Positions 19,998 through 30,164 of a stretch of DNA of 64,000 bases are shown piece after piece (position 1 is the stretch's first letter; each line of letters starts with the position of its first letter). The notes under the pieces are model-generated. The model had not been told where the DNA came from. It saw nothing but the letters and a program-made list of their open reading frames with translations, and ran no database searches. Position numbers and translations under genes: made by a program. The stretch covers positions 1 through 64,000 of the forward strand of contig OY969724.1 of NCBI GenBank assembly GCA_963702205.1, read 5' to 3'. Source of the DNA: an uncultured candidate division Zixibacteria bacterium. Lineage in GTDB: Bacteria > Zixibacteria > MSB-5A5 > GN15 > PGXB01.

Positions 19998-20365
19998 TAT
20001 GCCTCCATACTGTGTCATAATAATTGAGTTAGCAAGATGTACATATCGTCAGAGAGTCTTTGGTAGGGTTGGGATTTATTTCCGAACATTAGATTTTTCA
20101 AGGATAATAACTTCTTAAAACCGGTGGTGTATAAAACACCACCCTGCGAAAAAGCCACATAAAAAGCAACTGGGAACAGGCTAAATCTTCACGCTTGACA
20201 GATAATGTAAACCCGGTCGAGCCGGGGAATGACGCGTGGTGCCTGGATTCACCGGTCCACGAAAACAGTGCTATGTTACTCGACCAGCTCAAGAATGAGC
20301 GAACACTTTATCTCTCTATTACCCCTTCAGTCGTGGCTGTTTCAGTCCGCCGGAAACCGGTATTG

Positions 20366-21022
20366 TTATTCTCCTTCATTATAGGTATAGGTATATGGCG
20401 TCTGGCTGCTCAGATCCAAAATTGTTTCCATAATGTTGTTGCCTGACTTTAAACTCTTATACTCAGAGGCAATGGAAAGCAGGTCATTTAAACCTGTATC
20501 TGAATTATAGTAATCCATCAGGCTTGCCGAAGATTTCTGCACACTTTGCTGCAGCCCGGAAACGTAATCCAGAACGCTCTGGTTGAGAGTCAATTGTTTG
20601 AATGCCCTGGTGAATTCCTGGTTTTCATTCAGGGTTTGTTCAAGTAGCTCTTTTCCTGTGAAGTCACCTGAAACACTGATGGTTCCGTCTGCGGCCATGG
20701 AAAGGCTGATTTCCTTATCGGGATCTATGCCAAGGGACTGCATAGTCTGGGAAAGCGTCGAAGAAACAAAATCCTTTTTTCCCTCTGCCACTGCTTCAAG
20801 GTCCTTCAATTTTAGTTTGCCGGTGGGGTTAAGCCCCATGGCTTCCTGTATCCGTGCAGTGGACAGGCCGCTTGAAAAGGTGATCCGGTAGTCTGATGAG
20901 GTGCTGCCGGTTTCATTTGTCTGGTTTGCAGATTCGCCTGAAAGGTTTGCTGCACTGTTTGACTCTATTTTCCTGTCGTATAAATTGTCCGCCATATATG
21001 CAGATGCAGTATTGATTCTCAT
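20366..21022 (-). CDS. Hypothetical Ser/Thr-rich protein
   Basis: 218-aa ORF with GAGG RBS. Confidence 0.75.
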   Translation of the reverse strand: MRINTASAYMADNLYDRKIESNSAANLSGESANQTNETGSTSSDYRITFSSGLSTARIQEAMGLNPTGKLKLKDLEAVAEGKKDFVSSTLSQTMQSLGIDPDKEISLSMAADGTISVSGDFTGKELLEQTLNENQEFTRAFKQLTLNQSVLDYVSGLQQSVQKSSASLMDYYNSDTGLNDLLSIASEYKSLKSGNNIMETILDLSSQTPYTYTYNEGE

Positions 21023-21145
21023 TTTTTAACCTCATTAACTTTATTGAATATGTATTCCTGTTTTCCATACTGAAGCAATTACACCTGTTTCTCCGGTGAA
21101 TTTTGCCTGATCCATCCCTGGAATAAGACCTTATTATTCAATATA

Positions 21146-21161
21146 TGCAAAATATAAACCA
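21146..21161 (-). promoter_or_regulatory. Putative sigma-54 promoter
   Basis: Minus strand TGGTTT-ATATT-TTGCA (GG-N10-GC) upstream of 21022. Confidence 0.55.
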
Positions 21162-21562
21162 AAATAAAACAACCTGTAACTGCCTGTTATTTAAGGCGAT
21201 AAAAGTTTTAATAATGAATTACATGGAAATATTTTCCTGTTTGATGTTCATTTGCGCCATATGCCAGGGATCAAGGCCCAATGGCCGGCAGTAAACAATC
21301 CGGATATATCGGTTGCCGCATCACAGAAAGCAGCTTCAGTTATTTTGACTGACGCCGATGGCAAGGAATGAATCAGCGAAAAAGCTCAATGATGATTCAG
21401 ATTGCAGGAAATGTGTATGTAAACAGTTTTATGAGAAGAAGTTTCAATGCAGAGAAAATGTTCCTGCTGCCGGGCTGGAATAGGCGGTTAAGCCCTTACC
21501 CGTTTTGGCAATATTGCCAAAACGGGTAAATAGTCCTGCTGCCTATTATGGAAGCCCCTTTT

Positions 21563-22153
21563 TTACTCGTCGTAGTCCCAGTCGTAGTCCCAGTCATAGT
21601 CCGGGCCCCACTGATACCATGGGGACCAGGGATACCAGTAATATGGCCCCCACCCCCAGTATCCGTAATCGTAGGGATAGCCATAATAATAGTTCTGGCG
21701 CTTACTCCACAGGTGCAGTTGTTTGATGTCCACCACCGGATAGGTATAACTGGTTTCACCAAGCTGCAAGGTTTTTTTACCAGTGACCTGTCCGGCCAGG
21801 GTGATCTTTCTCCCCTCTCTGTATATGGCCGGGTCAAGGAATTTCGAGCTCATTGCAATAAAGCGGCCCTGAGATGATTCGGAAGTTTCAGGTCTTTCCG
21901 CAGAACCAAGAGGCGCCTGCAATACTATGATTTGCGTACCGTTTTGAGTATTGGTAGTCTCTATGATGGACCCGCCCCAGAGTACGACATTATTTATGTA
22001 GGCATCGGGATTCTGGAGGACCATAGAGAAAGACACATTATTCGATTTGGCCTCTTGCCGATACTGACTGGCTATGGGCGCGGTCGCACATGAGGACATC
22101 GCAGCCGCCAGGAACCCCAATACTAATATTCTGAAAAAGGTATATCTAATCAT
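21563..22153 (-). CDS. Slp-family outer-membrane lipoprotein
   Basis: Lipobox AMSSC; VLWGGSII, QGRFIA, FLDPAIY, YTYPVV, LHLW. Confidence 0.88.
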   Translation of the reverse strand: MIRYTFFRILVLGFLAAAMSSCATAPIASQYRQEAKSNNVSFSMVLQNPDAYINNVVLWGGSIIETTNTQNGTQIIVLQAPLGSAERPETSESSQGRFIAMSSKFLDPAIYREGRKITLAGQVTGKKTLQLGETSYTYPVVDIKQLHLWSKRQNYYYGYPYDYGYWGWGPYYWYPWSPWYQWGPDYDWDYDWDYDE

Positions 22154-22989
22154 TTCATTTTCCTCCCTTCTTTTCATTTATCCGGACATTCCCTGAAATA
22201 CCCTCTGCGGTGGTATGAGAGATCGGAGCGCATTATGGGCACAGTGTCAGGCAATATCAGGATTATTTTTAGAAATATGTGACTTTTCCGTCTATTCCCT
22301 TCTCCTGTCAGGGATTAACGGCATTTTACACTATTCTATTATGGCAGGATTTGATGATCGGGAAAATGAGCTCTTGATAGTAAATTGATTTGAAATTTTA
22401 TGTAGTCTGCCGGCAGCAGGCCCACCGGGCCGGACCGGTTTCAGTATGGAAGGGAGGGATAATCCATTTTAGTATTGCGGGACACGGTATGAACTATTTC
22501 AACCTTCACCGATGTTGTATTTGATTCCCGGGCTGCTGCAGCTTATTACCTGAATTTTGCACCGGATGTCCCTGTAACAGATATTTGTGGAATAGGGGAC
22601 GCATGAAAATATGAATTGATACGGGCGGCAGGGCGAGGACCTCAAAAATTAAAGTTTTTGCAATTCCATGGGCATCAGGTTTACTACTCTTTCAAGAATA
22701 TAATATTTATCAAAATACATTTCACTTATAATTGATTATATAGTTCTAAAAGATTAATATGCTGCTGTTTCAGCTTTAAAAAATCCTATTAATTAATTTT
22801 AAAAATATTCCGGTTCATCTTTCTGTATAACATTCAAATCGTAATGATATCCGGAACTGGTGAATCGGTTCGTTATGGGTCAATGCACATATTTTGAGTG
22901 ATTAAAAGCACTATGATTCCTGATTATTTACTGAACCGGAATTTTATTTACAACAATATAAACAGATATTCAAAGGAGGAAAGACAATA

Positions 22990-23505
22990 ATGAATAACTT
23001 CACAAACCGATTCAAAATTTGGCTTGGCCTGATTTGCCTTACATTATTTTGCGGCTCTATTGCTCAGGCAGAAGAAATAACTCTCGAAACCTTGATTGAG
23101 CGCCAGAAGATTCAGGATTTAATTACCCGCTATTACTTCAACTTCGGTGGAACGCCTGAAAGTTTTGCAAACTTTTATGTGGAGAATGGAGAGCTGTATC
23201 TGCCAGGTCGGAATTTTAAGGGTAGAGAGGCCATTGCCAAGGCTTATACATTTCCTGAGAGTGAAGCACCCAGGAATTTTTCATTCAATAGTATTATCAG
23301 TAATTTACTCATTATGGTGAAAGGTGATACCGCCAGGGCGAAACTGGTGTGGACCGAGAATGTGATGCAAAAAGAAAGGGGTGAGATACAGCTGCGAGCT
23401 CAGGGTCGGGAGTACTCCACTTTCGTTAAAAAAGATGGCAAATGGCTGTACCTTACTCGCGTAATCAAGGGCGGAACCGAGCCGCCGGATGGTTGGAAGG
23501 ATTAG
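22990..23505 (+). CDS. Secreted NTF2-like (SnoaL) protein
   Basis: Signal peptide; IQDLITRY, GREAI, FVKKDGKWL; AGGAGG RBS. Confidence 0.8.
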   Translation: MNNFTNRFKIWLGLICLTLFCGSIAQAEEITLETLIERQKIQDLITRYYFNFGGTPESFANFYVENGELYLPGRNFKGREAIAKAYTFPESEAPRNFSFNSIISNLLIMVKGDTARAKLVWTENVMQKERGEIQLRAQGREYSTFVKKDGKWLYLTRVIKGGTEPPDGWKD

Positions 23506-23611
23506 TCGATAAATGTGTGTGAAATGGGACGCACCTCAAAATATCAAAACTCTTTTGGATTGATATTTAGATGTGCGTTCCCTGGTCCAGGCAATAAAAA
23601 GAAACAGCATT

Positions 23612-24289
23612 TTAATTTTTGATTTCATGCAGTTCATCAAACTTGATCATATGATATTTTAACCTGTGGAAGGCGTTATACCCATCAGCGTTTTTCTCCC
23701 CAGGGGTTACTTTTATATGTTGAGTATTAGATCCCCTGTATGTCCAGAACCCTCCAATCACAAATATTTTATCCGGGTCATATCCCATTTTTACAAGTAA
23801 TGACCTCATAAATCCTGAATAGCCCCCTCCCCCGCAAATGAGAAAAATAGCCTTGTCCCTTGGAAAAAGGTCGCTGATTATCATCTCTGATTCCACGTAA
23901 TTAGCTTTTATGGTCTGGATTTTCCCCTGGGCATCCCATTTCAGGGTGAACAGCGTTGGCCCGGAATATTGCGTTTTGGCTACCTGCGGGGGCAGACCTG
24001 TTAGATTTGCAATATAGGGATATGGCACAACTTCAAAGCCTTTTATTGTGCCCGATAGGACAGGATCTCCACCTATCTTTTTAAAATCTCCCGGATCAAC
24101 AAGCATTCTTACATCAATGTAAGCAACATCATCCCGGTTTAACCATTCATCTATATTTTTGATGTTGATGTTTCTATCGACACCAAACATGTTTTCCGGG
24201 TCAGGGGCAGCGGCAGGTAAAGATCTGTCGCATGAAGATAATATGACAGACAGTGATATGATAATCAGAAGAAAAATGATTTTTTTCAT
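23612..24289 (-). CDS. Rhodanese-like lipoprotein
   Basis: Lipobox LSSC; YIDVR, LICGGGGYS active-site loop, IGGFWTY. Confidence 0.7.
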   Translation of the reverse strand: MKKIIFLLIIISLSVILSSCDRSLPAAAPDPENMFGVDRNINIKNIDEWLNRDDVAYIDVRMLVDPGDFKKIGGDPVLSGTIKGFEVVPYPYIANLTGLPPQVAKTQYSGPTLFTLKWDAQGKIQTIKANYVESEMIISDLFPRDKAIFLICGGGGYSGFMRSLLVKMGYDPDKIFVIGGFWTYRGSNTQHIKVTPGEKNADGYNAFHRLKYHMIKFDELHEIKN

Positions 24290-24825
24290 TTTATTCTCCT
24301 TTTAAAATTCTTAACAATGCCGTCGAACGGTGTATATCTGAGAGCATTATTAATATATTCTGATTCTGTCAATATTATTTTCAAAAATTACAGGCTCGAC
24401 AGCAATAAGATGTTGAGTCATACCTCCTTCCGTTCAATTGATCCGAAGAAGGCGCCTGAAGTCTTTGAGCAGGGACAGGATCATATTGAACTGGAAAAGA
24501 TTGACGGTGTCTGGATGATCAATAGAAGGACACTTGAAAACTATGGTCTCAATATAAAGGTTCTTCAAAAAACAAAACAATGGCGCAATGTCTTTTTTGT
24601 TTTTATATAATTATTTTTATTGTCATTGTCCTACTTACGTTTCAGGACGTCTTGTCACGGCGTAGCTCTAGCGAAGACAGAAGTTTTAGCGAAGATTGAA
24701 CCGGGGAATCCAGTTGTTTTTGATTTGTGATTATTGAAGCGGTCAAGAGTCAGGAGCAGATTTGACGTACCCTTTAATGGATATCCCCTTTAGGATAATA
24801 AAAAAACCAGGAAGGAGAACCAGCC

Positions 24826-26344
24826 ATGAATTCGTCTAAAAAAGGAAATCGTAAATTAACCCGCAGGGAATTTGTCAAGGAGACAGCTTTAAAGGGGGGA
24901 GCCGCTTTGGCTATTGGAGCGGGAAGCATGGCAATGCCTGTGTCCGCCATGGCAAATCAAAACACGAGCAAAATATCAGGGACAATTGACGGACCAAGGC
25001 GAACTTATTTTGAACCTGGAAGAGAAATATCTATAATAAATGATGCCGATGTTGTCGTTGTTGGAGGCGGTCCGGCAGGCGTTGCTGCGGCTTTGGCCGC
25101 CGCGAGGAATGGGGCTGATACAGTTCTTGTTGAACGATATGGTCAATTGGGCGGCATGGCAACCGGCGGATTGGTGATCTGTATCATGCCCATGAGCGGA
25201 GGTACAAAGGAGCAGCAGATAGCCGGGATCTGTCAGGAGATAGTGGACAGGCTGGATGCACTCGGCGCAGCCGTACTATCCGCCAAAAGAAGATATTGGC
25301 TCGAACGACAATAACCGGGTCAAATACTGGCGGCAGTATCCATTTTTTGTTGTCGATAACCGAATAAGGCTAAGTGCTCTTGTAGACCCTGAGATTCTTA
25401 AGTGTGTTATGAATGACATGATAGAGGAAGCGGGTGTAAAGTTATTATTACATTCCTGGGGCTGCAGGGCGATTGTTGAGAATAACGCGGTTCAAGGGAT
25501 CATATTTGAAAGTAAATCTGGCAGGCAGGCCATAAAATCTAAAGTCGTGATCGATGCAACCGGTGACGGGGATATTTTTGCATCGGCCGGAGCAGAGTTT
25601 GACGGAAAGGCCGATCAAAATCTTCGATCTTCAAAACTGGCTCTTGTATTTCAGGTAGGGAGTATTGATATCGATAAATTCAGTGAGTACCGAAGCGCAA
25701 ACCCTCAGGAATACTCCGCTAAATTGCAGGAACTCGTTAAGCTGGGCGGCTTTACCAAGCCTATGCGAAGCGCCCTGGATGATGTAATGTGGTTTAATAA
25801 CCAATTATCAGGGAGCGCGATCAATGTTGAGGATTTAACACGGGTAGAAGTCAATGCGCGAAAGAGGATGCTTACAACACAGGACTATTTTAAAAAGCAT
25901 ATCCCCGGATTTGAAAACAGCTTTATTATGAATACGGCCTCTCAGGTTGGTGTGCGTGGCAGCAGAAGACTGATTGGCGAATACATCATAACTCAAGATG
26001 ACATATTCAAGGGTACATTGTTTGAGGACACTATAGCAGTTTGTCCACCTTTTAAATACAATGTGTCATCTGAGAAACCCTGTATGCATGTTCCCTACAG
26101 GTCACTGGTACCCCGAAAGGTAGATAATCTTCTCGCCGCTGGCCGCTGCCTTTCTGCGGATTTGGTGGCAAATGATTTACTTGCTCCAATCCAGTTCTGT
26201 ATAGCAATGGGACAGGCCGCAGGAACTGCCGCAGCCCTATCAGTAAGAGCGGGTATAGTCCCTCGAAAAGTGGATCATGGAACGCTCCAAAATTATCTCA
26301 TGGATCAGGGCGTCCCGCTACCGGGTGTAAAAAGAGCAGGTTAG
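24826..26344 (+). CDS. Tat-exported FAD-dependent oxidoreductase, one frameshift near 25276
   Basis: TRREFVK Tat motif, VVGGGPAG, IDATGDGD, VPYRSLVP, AAGRCLS, MGQAAGTAA; two ORFs join by removing one base. Confidence 0.85.
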
Positions 26345-26764
26345 CAAAAATCAGAAGATTGAAAAGACTCATCTTAATAAACTTAGATATTTTTGCTACA
26401 ACAGAACCTGTTCTCATGGCTTTACCGCAGGCTGTTATAAGACCGTCACACAAACCGAAGGTCCCGAGACCTGCGGCATGTGCGGCATGACGTTCTGACC
26501 AGGTGGATGCATAAGAAAAACGTTGTGATTTTACAATTGTCCAGTTTGTGAAATGAAAGGGTCAGGTCTTTTAAACCAACCGCTTTCATCAGCTCCGTAC
26601 TTGCTGGGTTACTTACTTGGTACCTTCCTCCGATATGACTATCTTTGGTATCTCTGCTGAAGGTTTTTTATTCTCCGTTCTGTATTAACAGTCGAATCGA
26701 TCCATGTGTCCAATGGGAATAAGGGACTTACCTCGAAACATCAATCCGGATACGAATAAAAAAA

Positions 26765-27049
26765 CTAAAACATATCCGTTGGATTACTTCTAAAAAATTC
26801 TTCCAATGGGATACCATCTGCACCGACAGTAATTATTCTGGCATCAGGATAAGCTTTTGAAAAAGCTGACAACCCTTTCACGTTTTTTGTATTGCCTGAT
26901 TTAACCTCTATTCCCCATAACCGCCCGGGCGTCTTAATAACAAAGTCTATTTCAAGACCTTTGTGCCTCCAGTAATATACTTCGTAATTAATTCCTATAA
27001 GGTGATTAAGCAGATGCGCTCCTACGGCATTCTCCACTAATCTTCCCCA
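26765..27049 (-). pseudogene. C-terminal fragment of an AAA ATPase (DUF4143-like nuclease-fold tail)
   Basis: GRLVENAVG, YYWR..EIDFV, IEVKSG; ATPase domain absent. Confidence 0.75.
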
Positions 27050-27051
27050 CC

Positions 27052-27759
27052 ATGAAAAATTTTTATGGCTTGAAACTGTGTGAAGACTCTCCTGACCAAT
27101 GGTTAATCAGGGGAATGCTTTCCTTTAATGCTACATATAATGAAGTGACAATAGAGGATGAGTATTCAATACTTATATCCATATCTGAAGATTACCCCAA
27201 TACTACACCAGATGTTTTTGAAACCGGGGAACGAATTCCTCCTGACTTTCATCAATACGACAATCGAACCCTGTGCCTTGGTGCGCCTGTTGAGGTGGAA
27301 AGGCGTTTCAGTGCTAATCCAAGATTGGTAACTTTTATTGAGACATTGGTAATCGAATATTTGTATGGTTATTCATATCTGGAAAAAAATGGAGAGATGC
27401 CTTTTGGAGAGCTCTCTCACGGTGCCCCCGGGATTCAGGAGTATTACCAGGATTTATTCCAAACAGATGATGTTAAGCTTATTCTTAAATTCCTAAAGAT
27501 AATGGCAGATGGTTCATACAAAGGTCACCACCTCTGCCCATGCGAATCAGGTAAAATATTGCGAAAATGCCATGGGCCAACACTACTTGAATTATCCAAC
27601 TCTCAATTACAGGAAAGATTATTAAGTGATTTTAAAAGTATTGTATGTAGCTTTAAAGAAAAAGATCTGGAGCATTTCGACTGGAAGCTGTTACCCAAAC
27701 AGTTGAAGTATGAATTTGACAATATAGCAAGAGAAGAAGCTCAAAAAAAGAACCCCTGA
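27052..27759 (+). CDS. Prokaryotic E2-like domain + SEC-C zinc motif protein, possibly 5'-truncated
   Basis: DYPNTTP...FHQYDNRTLCLG; CPCESGKILRKCH; no RBS. Confidence 0.7.
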   Translation: MKNFYGLKLCEDSPDQWLIRGMLSFNATYNEVTIEDEYSILISISEDYPNTTPDVFETGERIPPDFHQYDNRTLCLGAPVEVERRFSANPRLVTFIETLVIEYLYGYSYLEKNGEMPFGELSHGAPGIQEYYQDLFQTDDVKLILKFLKIMADGSYKGHHLCPCESGKILRKCHGPTLLELSNSQLQERLLSDFKSIVCSFKEKDLEHFDWKLLPKQLKYEFDNIAREEAQKKNP

Positions 27760-28031
27760 TATTATCAAAAGACTCAAGGTGTTGAAGAATGCAATAGGTG
27801 TCTTAAACAGTAAACCGCTGACTTTGTGTCTTTCTTTTATCGATCCTTCCATTCAGGTTTTCTTTTTTCCAGAAAGGCGGTTAACCCAATACAGCTTCAG
27901 CCTGTCTTGTCATCCTCCCAATATATGTATACGAATCTTTCCCGAATTCTTCAGCCTGCCATTCTGAATTAAAACCGGAATATTCGGTTCTTTATAAGAA
28001 TTTGTAGGCGTATCTGCTAATATATTAAACA

Positions 28032-30017
28032 CTACCTCAAATCAAGCTCATCTTCTCTAAGTTCCTTTATCTCATCCCTGAGGCGCGCCGCCTCTTCAAA
28101 CTCCAGCTTGGCAGCGGCGTCCTTCATTCTTTTTTCCAGGTCCCTTATCATCTTTTTGATTGCATCAGGTGTCAGGTATTCCTTTGCCTTATCCGATACA
28201 GCCGGAACTGTAACATAATCCGCCTCGTAGAGTGACCCAAGCACATCATCAATATTCTTGGCGATCGATTCCGGGGTAATATGGTGCTCTTTGTTGTATT
28301 CAAGCTGAATCTCTCTTCTCCTGTTGCTTTCATCAATAGCCCTTGCCATTGATCCTGTCACACGGTCCGCATAAAGAATTACCGTGCCATTCAGGTTCCT
28401 TGCTGCCCTGCCGCATGTCTGTATAAGGGACCTTTCGGACCGCAGAAAACCTTCCTTGTCAGCATCTAAAATGGCAACAAGGGAGACTTCAGGTATATCC
28501 AACCCTTCTCTTAACAGGTTGATGCCTATAAGGACATCAAATATCCCCAACCTGAGGTCTCTTATGATTTCCATTCTTTCAATGGTCTTTATATCCGAGT
28601 GAAGATACCTGACCTTTACATCAAGCTCCGAGTAATACTCGGCAAGATCCTCTGCCATTCTCTTTGTAAGGGTGGTAACAAGGACTCGCTCGTTTACTGC
28701 GGCCCGCTCCCTGATCCTTGCGAGAAGATCATCGACCTGCTCGGTTGCAGGTACAATTATAATTTCAGGATCAGTCAGGCCAGTAGGCCTTATTATCTGT
28801 TCGGTCAATGCCTCGCTTATTTCCAGTTCATAGGGGCCGGGGGTGGCTGAAACATACACTACCTGATTCAGTCTCTCGTTAAACTCTTCAAATTTGAGAG
28901 GCCTGTTGTCCAGGGCAGAGGGGAGACGAAAACCATAGCTCACAAGGGTTTCCTTCCTGGACCTGTCTCCCCTGTACATCCCTCCGATCTGGGAAACTGT
29001 TATGTGGCTCTCGTCAATAAACAGCAGAAAATCCTTTGGAAAATAGTCAAGGAGTGTGGGCGGGGCCTCACCGGGCGCCCTGCCTGTAAGGTGTCTGGAA
29101 TAGTTTTCTATTCCGTGGCAATAGCCCATTTCTATCATCATCTCAAGATCAAAAAGGGTGCGTTCGTCAATGCGCTGGGCTTCGATAAGCTTGTTATTAT
29201 TGCGGAACTCCTCTATTCTCTGCTTCAGTTCTTCCCTGATGCTTTTTATGGCCTTGTCCCTTATTTCAGTCGAGGTCACATAGTGGGTTGCCGGGTACAC
29301 GGTTATCCTCTTAAGATCCGCTATGACTTTACCTGTAAGGGGATCTATCTCCTGTATTGCCTCTACCTCGTCCCCCCAGAACGATATCCTTATTGCCTTG
29401 TCCTCTTCATAGGCAGGGAATATATCCAGGATGTCACCCCTTACCCTGAAGCGGCCCCTGTAAAAATCAAAGTCCCCTCTTTCGTAATAAATTTCCACAA
29501 GCCTTTTTACCGCATCATCCCTCGAGAGTTTATCCCCTGTTTCTGCGTAAAGGAGCATGTTGTGGTAGGCCTCAGGGGAACCAAGGCCGTATATGCACGA
29601 GACACTGGCAACGATGATAACATCATCCCTTTCAAGAAGAGACCTCGTCGCCGAATGTCTCATTTTGTCTATGTTTTCATTTATGCTGGAATCCTTTTGA
29701 ATATATGTGTCCGACTGCGGGATATATGCCTCGGGCTGGTAATAGTCGTAGTAGCTTACAAAATACTCAACGGCATTATCAGGAAAGAGATTTTTAAATT
29801 CACCATATAGCTGTGCTGCAAGGGTCTTGTTGGGTGCTATTATAAGGGTAGGTTTCTGAACACTTTCTATGACATGGGCCATGGTAAAGGTCTTGCCTGA
29901 GCCTGTCACCCCTAGCAGCACCTGGTGTTTCAGATTGTTCTTTATGCCTCTTGCCAGGTCGGAGATCGCCTGTGGCTGATCTCCGCAGGGTTTAAGGTCG
30001 GATTTTATTTTAAGCAT
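28032..30017 (-). CDS. uvrB: Excinuclease ABC subunit B
   Basis: [23 protein letters not shown]-terminal UVR domain. Confidence 0.98.
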   Translation of the reverse strand: MLKIKSDLKPCGDQPQAISDLARGIKNNLKHQVLLGVTGSGKTFTMAHVIESVQKPTLIIAPNKTLAAQLYGEFKNLFPDNAVEYFVSYYDYYQPEAYIPQSDTYIQKDSSINENIDKMRHSATRSLLERDDVIIVASVSCIYGLGSPEAYHNMLLYAETGDKLSRDDAVKRLVEIYYERGDFDFYRGRFRVRGDILDIFPAYEEDKAIRISFWGDEVEAIQEIDPLTGKVIADLKRITVYPATHYVTSTEIRDKAIKSIREELKQRIEEFRNNNKLIEAQRIDERTLFDLEMMIEMGYCHGIENYSRHLTGRAPGEAPPTLLDYFPKDFLLFIDESHITVSQIGGMYRGDRSRKETLVSYGFRLPSALDNRPLKFEEFNERLNQVVYVSATPGPYELEISEALTEQIIRPTGLTDPEIIIVPATEQVDDLLARIRERAAVNERVLVTTLTKRMAEDLAEYYSELDVKVRYLHSDIKTIERMEIIRDLRLGIFDVLIGINLLREGLDIPEVSLVAILDADKEGFLRSERSLIQTCGRAARNLNGTVILYADRVTGSMARAIDESNRRREIQLEYNKEHHITPESIAKNIDDVLGSLYEADYVTVPAVSDKAKEYLTPDAIKKMIRDLEKRMKDAAAKLEFEEAARLRDEIKELREDELDLR

Positions 30018-30092
30018 GGGAGGTCCTTAATATGGGAATTGAGGTATTAAAAAATATAATACCCATATTACAGTAAGAGGATTTAAATTACT

Positions 30093-30157
30093 GGCACAAG
30101 GCGCATGGCTCAAGGCTCATGGCAAAAGCTTTTCCTTGCGCCCTGAGCCTTGCGCCT
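30093..30157. repeat. Inverted heptamer-repeat element (AGGCGCA-type)
   Basis: GGCACAA-GGCGCAT-GGCTCAA-GGCTCAT...CCTTGCG-CCCTGAG-CCTTGCG; relative at 37261-37357. Confidence 0.7.
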
Positions 30158-30164
30158 GTTTTTA

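Noticed and set aside
24317..24610. 97-aa ORF as a real gene
   Set aside because: Only the middle (EQGQDHIELEKIDGVWMINRR) resembles an NTF2-like C-terminus; no RBS; probably a remnant
27837..27895. Minus-strand AFLEKRKPEWKDR* resembling an enoyl-CoA hydratase C-terminus
   Set aside because: Too short to call a feature; at most a remnant
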